DNA of 37,089 bases from the NCBI GenBank assembly GCA_937899155.1, contig CALDJM010000070.1, positions 1 to 37,089 of the forward strand. Reading direction: 5' to 3'. The DNA is from an uncultured bacterium (GTDB lineage Bacteria > Patescibacteriota > Dojkabacteria > SC72). Made by a program: the position numbers and the translations under genes. Shown here one piece after another: positions 8,784-17,839 of the stretch. Every line of letters starts with the position of its first letter. The stretch's first letter is position 1. The notes beneath the pieces are model-generated. The model was not told the DNA's origin and searched no databases. It was given only the letters and a program-made list of their open reading frames with translations.

Positions 8784-8919
8784 ATCCCCATAATACAACA
8801 ATTTCTACTTTGACAAAAGCTAAATTGTATAGTATTATATGGGTTGCCATAAATTTGCAATACTTCCAATGCAAACATTTACAAAACACATCAATCCTTT
8901 ATACAAGGAGCTTGATAAT

Positions 8920-11079
8920 ATGGCTGATTTTAGCAAAGTTAAAACAAGCCATGAAATAGAGAAATCTGAATATCCCTATTTAGAAAAAGTTACTCAAATA
9001 ACCAAGGGGGAGGTAGATAAGTTGTTCCCAATTCTTAGACAATTAGAAGAACAACTAGAAAGGCAGATAGATATCATAGATGCAGAAAGTGACCTTGACC
9101 AGAAGAAAGATGCTAAAAGTGTATACAACAAAATTCTTGCAGAAATAGAAAGAGTTGTTGGAAGAATAAATAATGAATTAATAACATTAGACTCTCCATA
9201 CTTTGGTAAAATTATTTTTGAAGCGAAAGAAGGATTAAGAAGAAAGCCACTAAACATATACATTGGAAAGTTTGCTCTAGTTGAGAAGGAAACACATATA
9301 CCATTAATCTCTGATTGGAGGTCCCCTATTGCAAATGTCTATTATCAAAACTCCGGACCAAGAGAGAATGTCTCTTTTTTTGCTCCTGCTGGTGAAAGGA
9401 TTGGAGATTTAAAACAGAAAAGACAATTCCAGATTTCCAAAGCTAGAATAAAAGGAATTTATGATGCCAAATCGGGTAATGTTGCTGCAGATGAATTTCT
9501 TGTAGTACAACTCCAAGAAAGGATTGGAAAAAAACTTCAAGATATCGTTTCTACTATCCAAGCACAACAGAATGAAATTATAAGAGGTGGTATTAATACT
9601 CCAATTTTAATGCAAGGTGTAGCAGGTAGTGGTAAAACAACTATTCTTCTTCATAGATTAGCATATCTTTTCTACACATACCCAAAAGCTATAAATGAAA
9701 ACAACTCACTAATTATTGCTCCAAATCAAATGTTCATAGACTATGTCTCTGATGTTTTACCAAACCTAGGTGTAAGGAAAGTTGAGACTTTAACATATCT
9801 CTTCTGGGCAAGAAAGGTCTTAGATTGGAATAGATACTACATAATATCCAATGAACCTGAGAACAATGAATTTAAAGAATTAAAAGGTTCTCTTGAGTTT
9901 TTAGATATTTTAGAGAATCACTTTGAAGCTTTTGAAAAAAAACTTCTCGAGAAAATCCCTAGCTATATCAAAGAAGCTATTTCTGCAAGGTATTACGAAT
10001 TGAAAAAGAATTTTGCAGATATTGATATGTTTGAAAGAGTATCACTTGCAACAGAATATGCTTTTGCACAAAGAAAATTCTCTCAGTATCGAACAGGAAA
10101 AATAGATTTCAAAGAGAAATTCGTAGAGGATACAAAGAAGAAAATTCTTGAATATTTTAGAAAGAATTGTGATGCATATTCTCTTTACAAAAATCTTTTT
10201 AAAGAAAGCCTTTTAGAAAAAGATATATGTAGATATTCTCTAAAAGGACTTACACATAAAGGTAGGATTCATACATACAGAGTTGAAGATATAGCACCTA
10301 TTGTCTATCTACATTTCAAAATTCATGGAAGGAAAGATTTTCAAAGAGGCTATGTAATGGTTGATGAGGCACAAGATATGAGTTTTGTTCAACTATCTAC
10401 ACTTGCACAGATAGCAAAAAATGGAAATCTTACACTTGCTGGAGACTTAGCACAATCAATTATTCCACCTTTCTATATCCAAGATTGGAATGATGTTTTA
10501 AAATTGACAAGGAATATAACTGAGAAAGAGTGTAAATATTACCAGTTACAGAAATGCTACAGAACAACAGTAGAGATAATTGAATTTGCTAACAATTTCT
10601 TTAAACATAATTTCCCAAAATCATATAAACTACCAGAAGCCGTTTTAAGACATGGAGATGATGTCAAATTTATCAAGAAAGATGGTAACCTCTCAGAAAT
10701 GAATAAGTCTGACATGTCCGAAATTGTAAATACTCTCATAGATGATTTCAAAAAAGGTTCTGTTACATGTGCCATCCTAACAAGAGATCGAAGACATGCT
10801 GATGAGATATTTGCTGTTTTAGAAAAATATAGCGAGGAGATAGGAGAAAGGGTTGTAAAATATGATGAAAACAACTACCAGAGTGGTATCCTAGTAATGC
10901 CAATCGAAAATGCTAAAGGTCTAGAGTTTGACTCTGTAATTCTAGCTGATATTAATTCCAACTACTACGACGATTCTTTGTTATGTGCAAAATTACTTTA
11001 TGTAGGAATAACAAGAGCTCTACACCGATTATATGTCGTTATTAACAAAAATGATAAATTTTCTCAAAAACTACTTTAA
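8920..11079 (+). CDS. helD: HelD-like UvrD-family helicase (helicase IV type)
   Basis: N-terminal coiled coil, then SPYFGKIIF...IYIGKFAL...SDWRSPIANVYYQ (HelD signature), Walker A GVAGSGKTT, Walker B VDEAQD and C-terminal LYVGITRA. Start chosen at ATG 8920 because AAGGAG (8905-8910) lies 9 nt upstream. The track start at 8839 adds 27 unsupported residues. Confidence 0.85.
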   Translation: MADFSKVKTSHEIEKSEYPYLEKVTQITKGEVDKLFPILRQLEEQLERQIDIIDAESDLDQKKDAKSVYNKILAEIERVVGRINNELITLDSPYFGKIIFEAKEGLRRKPLNIYIGKFALVEKETHIPLISDWRSPIANVYYQNSGPRENVSFFAPAGERIGDLKQKRQFQISKARIKGIYDAKSGNVAADEFLVVQLQERIGKKLQDIVSTIQAQQNEIIRGGINTPILMQGVAGSGKTTILLHRLAYLFYTYPKAINENNSLIIAPNQMFIDYVSDVLPNLGVRKVETLTYLFWARKVLDWNRYYIISNEPENNEFKELKGSLEFLDILENHFEAFEKKLLEKIPSYIKEAISARYYELKKNFADIDMFERVSLATEYAFAQRKFSQYRTGKIDFKEKFVEDTKKKILEYFRKNCDAYSLYKNLFKESLLEKDICRYSLKGLTHKGRIHTYRVEDIAPIVYLHFKIHGRKDFQRGYVMVDEAQDMSFVQLSTLAQIAKNGNLTLAGDLAQSIIPPFYIQDWNDVLKLTRNITEKECKYYQLQKCYRTTVEIIEFANNFFKHNFPKSYKLPEAVLRHGDDVKFIKKDGNLSEMNKSDMSEIVNTLIDDFKKGSVTCAILTRDRRHADEIFAVLEKYSEEIGERVVKYDENNYQSGILVMPIENAKGLEFDSVILADINSNYYDDSLLCAKLLYVGITRALHRLYVVINKNDKFSQKLL

Positions 11080-11471
11080 TGTTTGTCTGTACTAATTGCA
11101 AAAAAAGTGTAGAAGAGCAGGGTAATATTGGAACACACCATAGAAACCATTGTCCTTTCTGTCTCTTTTCTAAACATTTAGATATGAAAAAACCGGGAGA
11201 TAGAGAGTCAAAATGTAAAGGAGATATGCAACCAATTGCTTTAGCATATAAAAAGGATAAGGAAATTATGCTTGTACATGAATGTAAGGATTGTAAAAGC
11301 ATATCAACAAATAGAATATCTGCAGATGATAGTGAAGAGAGAATTCTAGATATTTTTTACACTTCTGTAAGAAACAAACAGAAGCAGAAATTGAGAGAAA
11401 TAAAAGCAGATTTAGAAGTTTTAGACCTTGTAGATGAAGATGAGGTTAAAAAACAGCTTTTTGGGATATAG
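11079..11471 (+). CDS. RNHCP-domain zinc-binding protein
   Basis: 130 aa. CTNC...HHRNHCPFC...C...CKDC contains the literal RNHCP motif. Its ATG overlaps the helicase stop (TAATG). Confidence 0.75.
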   Translation: MFVCTNCKKSVEEQGNIGTHHRNHCPFCLFSKHLDMKKPGDRESKCKGDMQPIALAYKKDKEIMLVHECKDCKSISTNRISADDSEERILDIFYTSVRNKQKQKLREIKADLEVLDLVDEDEVKKQLFGI

Positions 11472-11516
11472 AATAAATTTTGCTTACTAAACTATTTTGT
11501 AATAAAATTGTGACTT

Positions 11517-12089
11517 ATGAACAAACAAAAAATAGCTAGAATAATATCAGAGATTTTCAACGGGTTTTTAACAATGATGCTAGCCCCCATCTTAACAATA
11601 TTCCTTTCATCATTACCTTTTAATTTGAAAGCTATCTATTCAGCTCTATATATACTACTCCCTATCCTACTCTACCTAGTGTTGAAAAAATTGGGCAAAG
11701 TCTCGGATTACGACTTAACAAACAGAAAAGAAAGACCTATTTACTTCTCTATTCTTACACTCTTTTTTGGAGTCCTTTTTTTCATATTAAGAGAGTATCG
11801 AATAGAGTATGTCACATTTGTATCTCTTGCTCTTTTTTCAATAGCTACTGCAATTACAGTAGTTACATTCTTCTGGAAAATTAGTGGTCATATGACATAC
11901 TCAACATTTCTTTTTTCTACTTTAGCATACATAATATCGCCATATTTCTTTCTAATGTTTCTTTTTACACCTTTAATTGCTTGGTCTAGAATTGAACTTA
12001 AGAAACATACATTGGCTCAAACTATTGCTGGAACACTTCTAACTTTTGCTATCTGTTCCTTTATATATTGGGGTTTAGATTTATTCTAA
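11517..12089 (+). CDS. PAP2-superfamily membrane phosphatase (lipid phosphate or undecaprenyl-PP phosphatase type)
   Basis: 190 aa, polytopic. The three PAP2 motifs are visible: NRKERP, ISGHM and WSRIELKKHTLAQ. The last-motif Asp position is Gln. Confidence 0.65.
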   Translation: MNKQKIARIISEIFNGFLTMMLAPILTIFLSSLPFNLKAIYSALYILLPILLYLVLKKLGKVSDYDLTNRKERPIYFSILTLFFGVLFFILREYRIEYVTFVSLALFSIATAITVVTFFWKISGHMTYSTFLFSTLAYIISPYFFLMFLFTPLIAWSRIELKKHTLAQTIAGTLLTFAICSFIYWGLDLF

Positions 12090-12118
12090 ATTTATGTTTA
12101 CTTTGATAAAATAGCTTA

Positions 12119-13458
12119 ATGGAAAACTATACAATTACACAACTTAGAGAGAAATTACTGCAAAAAGAGCTCTCTGCTACAGAAGTAGTTAAATACTACC
12201 TTGAGAGAATTGAAAAGCATGATATAGAAATAAACAGTTACACCTCTGTATTAGATGAGCAAGCACTAAATCAAGCAAAAGAATTTGATGGTAATTTTGA
12301 AAAAGAGAAAAGCAAAAAACTCGGAGGTATCCCTATTTCTGTCAAAGATGTTTTTTCTACAAAAAACATACCTACAACATGTGCATCAAAAATGTTGGAG
12401 ACATACTCTCCTGTATATAATTCTACAGTAGTACAAAGACTTTTAGATGAAAGTGCCATTGTATTAGGCAAGACAAATCTTGATGAGTTTTGTCATGGTT
12501 CTAGTACAACAACATCATATTTTGGTAGAACAAAGAACCCTTGGGATAACACAAAGCTACCGGGAGGATCTTCAGGAGGCTCAGCTGCTGCATTAGCGGC
12601 AGATTTCTGTGCTGGGACAGTTGGAACAGAAACAGCTGGCTCAATTCGTCTTCCAGCCTCTTGGTGTGGTGTTGTAGGAGTTAAACCTACATACTCAAGA
12701 GTTTCAAGATACGGTGTCTTGTCAATGGGGTCATCATTGGATTGCCCAGGACCTTTAGGTAAAGATGTAAAAGATTGTGCATATCTACTTGAAATTATGG
12801 CAGGCTTTGATAGTATATGGATTTGGAAGATGGTGTTAGAAAGAATTTCCTAAAGAGTATTGATATCTTAAAAGGTATGGGTGTTGAAATTGAAGAAGTA
12901 AGTCTTCTAGATCCAAAGCTTAGTATTGCAGTATATACACTTACATGCAGAGGAGAGGTTTCTTCTAACCTTGCTAGATATGACGGTACAAGATATGGCT
13001 TGAGTACAGAGGATATCTCTACCATTACAGAAAACTATGAAATGTCACGAGGAGAAGGTTTTGGGCAGGAGGTAAAAAGAAGAATTATGACTGGTACAAT
13101 ATCTCTTTCTTCAGGATATGCAGAGGAGTGTTTTAGAAAATCCGAGAAGGTAAGGGAATTGATTAAAAAGGATTTTGCAAATATCTTTAAAAAATACGAT
13201 GCTATTGTTGGACCAGCAACTCCCTCGGTTGCACTCACAGAAAAAGAAGCAGAAAACCCACTCTTTGGAGAACTAGCAGATGTCCTTTCAGAGGGAAGCT
13301 CTCTAGCTGGACTCCCTGGAATATCAATACCTTCTGGTCTTTCAAATGGTCTCCCAACAGGAATTCAGTTTATTGCAAATCATTTCGAAGAACCTACTAT
13401 GTTCTCTTTGGCATATGCATTAGAGAAAGAGATAGGGAGAGTTATTCCAAAGCTCTAA
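12119..13458 (+). pseudogene. gatA: Glu/Asp-tRNA amidotransferase subunit A, interrupted (two frames: 12119-12853 and 12817-13458)
   Basis: The N-terminal fragment carries the amidase signature (VKD, GGSSGGSAAALA, TAGSIRLPAS). The C-terminal fragment carries ANLARYDGTRYG and GFGQEVKRRIM. The join near 12809-12819 changes frame. About 30 residues normally found between AG.D..DSTS and the KEY..G..D segment are absent. Confidence 0.85.
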
Positions 13459-13462
13459 CCCT

Positions 13463-13957
13463 TTATTCTGTGCTTTCTTTAACTATATCAGGCACAGCAC
13501 ATGAGGATATGAATCTCACTGGAATCCTTTCTTCCTTAGCATACTCTTCTAGACCTGATGGATTCGCATTCTTTAAAAGTATCTCTCCAGAACCCAAACA
13601 ACCCTCCTTACAATCTATTTTTTGAGAGAAAGAAATCATTTCTTTTTCGGTATCATCATAATCACTATATATCTCTCCACTCAAAACTTCTTTACCCTCT
13701 ACAAATATTACATATGGAAAACTATTCTCAAAAAACCATTCTTTAGAAGCTTTTCCAGAGATTGTAAAAGTACAGCCTATTTCTGAATTAGCTTCTGGTT
13801 CTGTTATCTTCAAACCTTTCTCCTCTTGCTCCTCTTTAACAATCCTCTCTTCTCGCTGGAATATTACTCCTTTAGACAGAAGGTAATGCCCACCCAATCC
13901 TAGCAGACAAAGGAGGAGAACAAAAAGGATAATATACAATCCTCTACTTTTGTTCAT
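13463..13957 (-). CDS. N-terminally anchored protein with a Gmad2-like immunoglobulin-like domain
   Basis: 164 aa. After the TM helix: ITEPEANSEIGCTFTISGKA...FENSFPYVIF...GEILLKNANPSGLEE...IPVRF, consistent by eye with the Gmad2 Ig-like pattern. Confidence 0.55.
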   Translation of the reverse strand: MNKSRGLYIILFVLLLCLLGLGGHYLLSKGVIFQREERIVKEEQEEKGLKITEPEANSEIGCTFTISGKASKEWFFENSFPYVIFVEGKEVLSGEIYSDYDDTEKEMISFSQKIDCKEGCLGSGEILLKNANPSGLEEYAKEERIPVRFISSCAVPDIVKESTE

Positions 13958-14033
13958 GTGTATATATATTAATTTTATTATTTAATTATATACCCTCCTT
14001 TGTAATAGCTACAATTTCTATTTTTATTCTTTT

Positions 14034-14816
14034 TTAATAAATCTTTACAGACTCTAGAACTTTCTTAGCTAACTCAAATGCTTCTGTGGGATTTTCAGAA
14101 AGGTCGTATCCCATCTTATATAGTAGATCATTTTTTACTAAAAGATATCCTTCTCCCTGACCTCCAGCTGACACTATTTTATATTTATATGCAGAAACTC
14201 CCCATTTCTCTGTTTTCTCTCCTGTTATCTTTGATGAGTCGCTGGTCATATCTTTTACAAACTTGTTCCAAATATCGTCAAGATTCCTTCCATTTAATTT
14301 GTATGCAACAACTTCAACAAAGCTCATATTTGCACAACCGTGACCACCACAGATAGCATCACCAATACTGAAAGGCTTAAAGTCTGCTTTTACAATATTA
14401 ATTCTCTCACCCAACTCATCAGGTGTAGCTCTTTCCTTCTTCTCCTTATCGGCTGATGTAACAGACCAGTATGATTCTAATTTGGTCTTACCAAAAGTAT
14501 TATCAACAATCTTATTTGGAATCTCTACTGATACTTTAATATCTGGAGCTTTAAAGATAGACCATCCTGAATTATCCACCTCTGCCTCTTGTACTTTACA
14601 CCCCTGCTCTACAACCTTAGGACACTCAGCAGGATTGCAGGTCTCACAGCTCTCCTCCTTCACAATCTCCTTCTTCATCGCGCCAGTATTAACCTCTGTT
14701 TTGTTTACTACAAACATAAAGTAACCCAAAACTGGGATACCTATCAACAAGGCAAGAATTACTAACAACAAAGCTTCTATTTTGTTAGGATTCTTATCAA
14801 TCTTTTCCTTTTCCAT
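14034..14816 (-). CDS. Anchored Cys/Glu-rich exoprotein, paralog A
   Basis: 260 aa. TM helix, then CETCNPAECPKVVEQGCKVQE, then a domain collinear with the 16301-17152 product (GGHGCANM / GCGAGCAKEN; KITGEKTEKWGVSAYKYK / KITGEIKNKWGERTYEYL; LAKKVLESVKIY / IAKKVLDSIRFN). Confidence 0.65.
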   Translation of the reverse strand: MEKEKIDKNPNKIEALLLVILALLIGIPVLGYFMFVVNKTEVNTGAMKKEIVKEESCETCNPAECPKVVEQGCKVQEAEVDNSGWSIFKAPDIKVSVEIPNKIVDNTFGKTKLESYWSVTSADKEKKERATPDELGERINIVKADFKPFSIGDAICGGHGCANMSFVEVVAYKLNGRNLDDIWNKFVKDMTSDSSKITGEKTEKWGVSAYKYKIVSAGGQGEGYLLVKNDLLYKMGYDLSENPTEAFELAKKVLESVKIY

Positions 14817-14954
14817 CGGAATATTTTAATTAAATTAATGTAAATAGTTTACTTTGCATACAAAAGGTTGTAAAGAAATCAACCGACCTGGTCGGTAAAA
14901 CTTATCCTTGTGTGGTAAGGCTTGAGAGTGCTTTTTTAAGGTTTTTTAATCTTA

Positions 14955-16139
14955 CTATAGGGAGGTGTAATCATCAAAGTATCCTTGTACTAAAACAACA
15001 GGTGTGCCTTTGTCTCCACTTCCACTTGTTAAATCCATAAGACTGCCTAATAGGTCTGTAAGCTGTCTTGGTGTAGTTCCTAAAGAATTATTTGCATCAT
15101 ATTCATCGTTCCCTTTTTCTCTAATAGCATTTTTAACATGTTCGTCTAAATTCCCTTCTCCATTCCAATTCTCAGAGATATATTTCAACTTAATCTCTTT
15201 GGGTCTACCCAAAAGACCGTCTGTGAAAGCAGGAGAAACAACAGGGTCTGCCAATTCCCATATCTTCCCAACAGGATCCTTAAATGCACCATCACCGTAT
15301 ATCATCACCTCTATCTTTTTTCCCGTTATCTTCTGAAACTCTTCCTGTATCCTATTAACCAACTCGACCCCTTCTTTGCTTCTTGGGAATAACTTCAAAG
15401 ACTTGTCACCAACTTTGTTAGAGCCTAAAAGTCCGTAGTCTTCGTTATACCCTCTCTTGTCTGTCTTTTCATTACAAAGGTCATCTAGACCGTATACAAC
15501 ATCTCCCCCTGCACTCTTTAACAGTTTTTTTGTTTTAAACCGAGTATGAATATCACAGGCTAATATATTTTTTGTAAAATTTAAAATATATCTAGGATCA
15601 TTAGAAAAATGCGGAATAACTTGTCCTTCTTCTCCTAAACTTTTATAGTATTCAACATAATCAAGGCCTGTAAATTCATGTTTGAAATCATATCCAAACA
15701 TCTTTCTGAATTCTTTTTCATCAAAAGAAGAAATGAATGTTTCCTGATCCACACTATCCAACATGTCTGGATCCATAATATGATTACCAACTTCATCAGA
15801 TGGATAACTAAAAAGAATATGTACTTTCTTACAAGACTTTAATATCCCTTCAAGAATCATTGAGAATCTGTTTCTACTAAGTATTGGAAAAACTAGCCCT
15901 ATTTCTTCATTACCAAACTTTTTCTCCACTTCCTTTGCTACATCATCGATACTTACATAATTGGAATCACATATTGATACAACAGCTTCTGTAATACCAA
16001 CAACATCTCTATCATTAAATTTAAAATTTGAAGTCTGTGATGCTTTAAGTAATGAATCTATTACTATCTGGAAGAGATTGTCACCATGCTTAATTGTTGG
16101 TGTTCTAATTCCTCTAACTACTGTTCCTACATTTCTCAT
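14955..16139 (-). CDS. CofE-like (F420-0:gamma-glutamyl ligase family) protein, long form
   Basis: 394 aa. The N-terminus VRGIRTPTIKHGDNLFQIV...DRDVVGITEAVVS and the C-terminus LMDLTSGSGDKGTPVVLVQG match the ends of the F420_ligase fold. A large middle insertion is present relative to the roughly 250 aa archetype. Confidence 0.7.
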   Translation of the reverse strand: MRNVGTVVRGIRTPTIKHGDNLFQIVIDSLLKASQTSNFKFNDRDVVGITEAVVSICDSNYVSIDDVAKEVEKKFGNEEIGLVFPILSRNRFSMILEGILKSCKKVHILFSYPSDEVGNHIMDPDMLDSVDQETFISSFDEKEFRKMFGYDFKHEFTGLDYVEYYKSLGEEGQVIPHFSNDPRYILNFTKNILACDIHTRFKTKKLLKSAGGDVVYGLDDLCNEKTDKRGYNEDYGLLGSNKVGDKSLKLFPRSKEGVELVNRIQEEFQKITGKKIEVMIYGDGAFKDPVGKIWELADPVVSPAFTDGLLGRPKEIKLKYISENWNGEGNLDEHVKNAIREKGNDEYDANNSLGTTPRQLTDLLGSLMDLTSGSGDKGTPVVLVQGYFDDYTSL

Positions 16140-16300
16140 TGTTATATTGTTTAGATTATTTTAATACTCCAAGACACATCACAGAACACTTAGAGAGTGT
16201 TGCTGCAACAAAGATTTAATACTTGGGCAAATACATTAGTAAATGATGTTGCATATCATTATTTCATAGTATGAATGTTTGAGCAAGAGATTCTATATCT

Positions 16301-17152
16301 TTAGTTAAACCTAATGGAATCAAGAACTTTCTTCGCAATATTTAATGATTCACCTTCTCCTGCAAGATAATATGTTGCTTGATATATATTTCCATTCTTA
16401 ACAACTAAGTTACCTTGGAGTTGACCACCAACCCCCTCCCAGAGATATTCATATGTCCTTTCACCCCACTTGTTTTTAATTTCTCCAGTAATCTTACCTG
16501 TTTCTGGATCAACATTTGAGAGCAATTGATCCCTTGCTTTCTCTAATGTTAGGTTAGAGCCGTTCTTAAATACATGGATATTTATGACATTCTCCTTTGC
16601 ACAACCAGCACCGCAACCAAAACCTTGAGGAAGGGATACTGGAAAATAATATGCCGAGATTGTTTTTACATAGTTTTTAAAATCTAAATTCCCACTATCT
16701 TCAATCTTTGATATTCTAGCATCCCAAGTATATAACACTTTCTCCCCTAACAATTCTTGCTTGTCTGAATATGATGGTGTTTCAAGGTTAAGCTTAACAT
16801 CAGAGGATATATGTTTCATCCAACCTTCGTTAAAGAGGGTTATCTGACTATTCGGGCATTTACACTCTTTCTCCTCTTTTACAGTGCACTCTGTTTCTTC
16901 ACACTCTTTACACTCCTCACACTCTACACATTGCTCTGTTATATATACAGGACGTGGGGATATGAAATTTTTAGTTATATAATATCCTAAATATCCAAAT
17001 ATAATCGATCCAGCTAGAAGTGTAATAACTGCTGTTCCCGCAATAGTAGGACCTTTTGGTAATGCAAATTTTTCTGTATCATTCTGCTCCTCCTTAACAA
17101 CATCCTTTTTAGGTTCTGTTGTTTTTTCTACACTTATTTCTTCTTTTTCCAT
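16301..17152 (-). CDS. Anchored Cys/Glu-rich exoprotein, paralog B
   Basis: 283 aa. TM helix, then CVECEECKECEETECTVKEEKECKCP, then a domain collinear with paralog A. Confidence 0.65.
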   Translation of the reverse strand: MEKEEISVEKTTEPKKDVVKEEQNDTEKFALPKGPTIAGTAVITLLAGSIIFGYLGYYITKNFISPRPVYITEQCVECEECKECEETECTVKEEKECKCPNSQITLFNEGWMKHISSDVKLNLETPSYSDKQELLGEKVLYTWDARISKIEDSGNLDFKNYVKTISAYYFPVSLPQGFGCGAGCAKENVINIHVFKNGSNLTLEKARDQLLSNVDPETGKITGEIKNKWGERTYEYLWEGVGGQLQGNLVVKNGNIYQATYYLAGEGESLNIAKKVLDSIRFN

Positions 17153-17260
17153 GTTAAAAAATATAAAGTTATATTAATAACGTAACATAATGAGATTCTT
17201 TGTACAAGAATTGCTTAATGTCTCATAACATCAAAAATATTTTTCATAAAATTTAACTTC

Positions 17261-17320
17261 TAGTTAAACCTAATGGAATCAAGAACCTTATTAACCATAT
17301 TGAATGATTCTGATTTAAGA
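17261..17320 (-). pseudogene. Relic 3-prime end of a third paralog of the Cys/Glu-rich exoprotein family
   Basis: 17261-17286 is identical over 26 nt to 16302-16327, the stop codon and last codons of paralog B. Similarity continues at 17 of 24 nt. On the minus strand it reads ...KSESFNMVNKVLDSIRFN-stop, and the frame closes about 20 codons upstream. Confidence 0.55.
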
Positions 17321-17359
17321 AGATTTTACAGGTTATTTATTATAGGGTATAATCCTTTC

Positions 17360-17839
17360 ATGAATACAAATAAAACAATCAAATTCCTCAAGTCCCTTTT
17401 CGTTGTAGTTTTACTACTAACGTCTTTCACATCTTCTGTCTCTGCTGTTGTAAGGGTTAAAGGATATTACAGAAAAGACGGTACTTATGTTCAGCCACAC
17501 TATCGCTCGGATCCTGATAGGACAGTAAACAACAATTGGTCCACACAAGGAAATGTGAACCCTTATACAGGTAAACCAGGAACAAAACCGAGACAGTCTT
17601 ACGAAGGTACTTATATGCCTACCAAAACAACTACAAAAAGAAATAATAGCTACACCTATCCTAAAGCAGCAGAACCTATACAAAAACAAACAAACAGCAG
17701 AAGTTATTCTAATACAAGCAATTATTCAAGCTCTTCTTATACTAAAAGCTCATCTAATAATGACAGCTACTTGTTACCATGGATTCTCGGGATCATAGGA
17801 AGCATATTAGTCGGTAAGAACATATTCAAGAAAGGATAA
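17360..17839 (+). CDS. Secreted S/N/T/Y-rich protein with a C-terminal TM anchor
   Basis: Start moved to ATG 17360 (MNTNKTIKFLKSLFVVVLLLTSFTSSVSA signal peptide; TATAAT 6 nt upstream). The track start at 17273 reads through the antisense paralog relic. Contains VKGYYRKDGTYVQPHYRSDPD. Confidence 0.6.
   Translation: MNTNKTIKFLKSLFVVVLLLTSFTSSVSAVVRVKGYYRKDGTYVQPHYRSDPDRTVNNNWSTQGNVNPYTGKPGTKPRQSYEGTYMPTKTTTKRNNSYTYPKAAEPIQKQTNSRSYSNTSNYSSSSYTKSSSNNDSYLLPWILGIIGSILVGKNIFKKG

Noticed and set aside
8839-8919. Longer N-terminus (MGCHKFAILPMQTF...) for the helicase, as given in the ORF track.
   Set aside because: The ATG at 8920 is preceded by AAGGAG at the ideal distance. The extra 27 residues have no helicase-family counterpart.
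17273-17359. Track start at 17273 for the secreted protein (MESRTLLTILNDSDL...).
   Set aside because: This segment is the antisense of the exoprotein paralog relic. The signal peptide and a -10 box fit the ATG at 17360.
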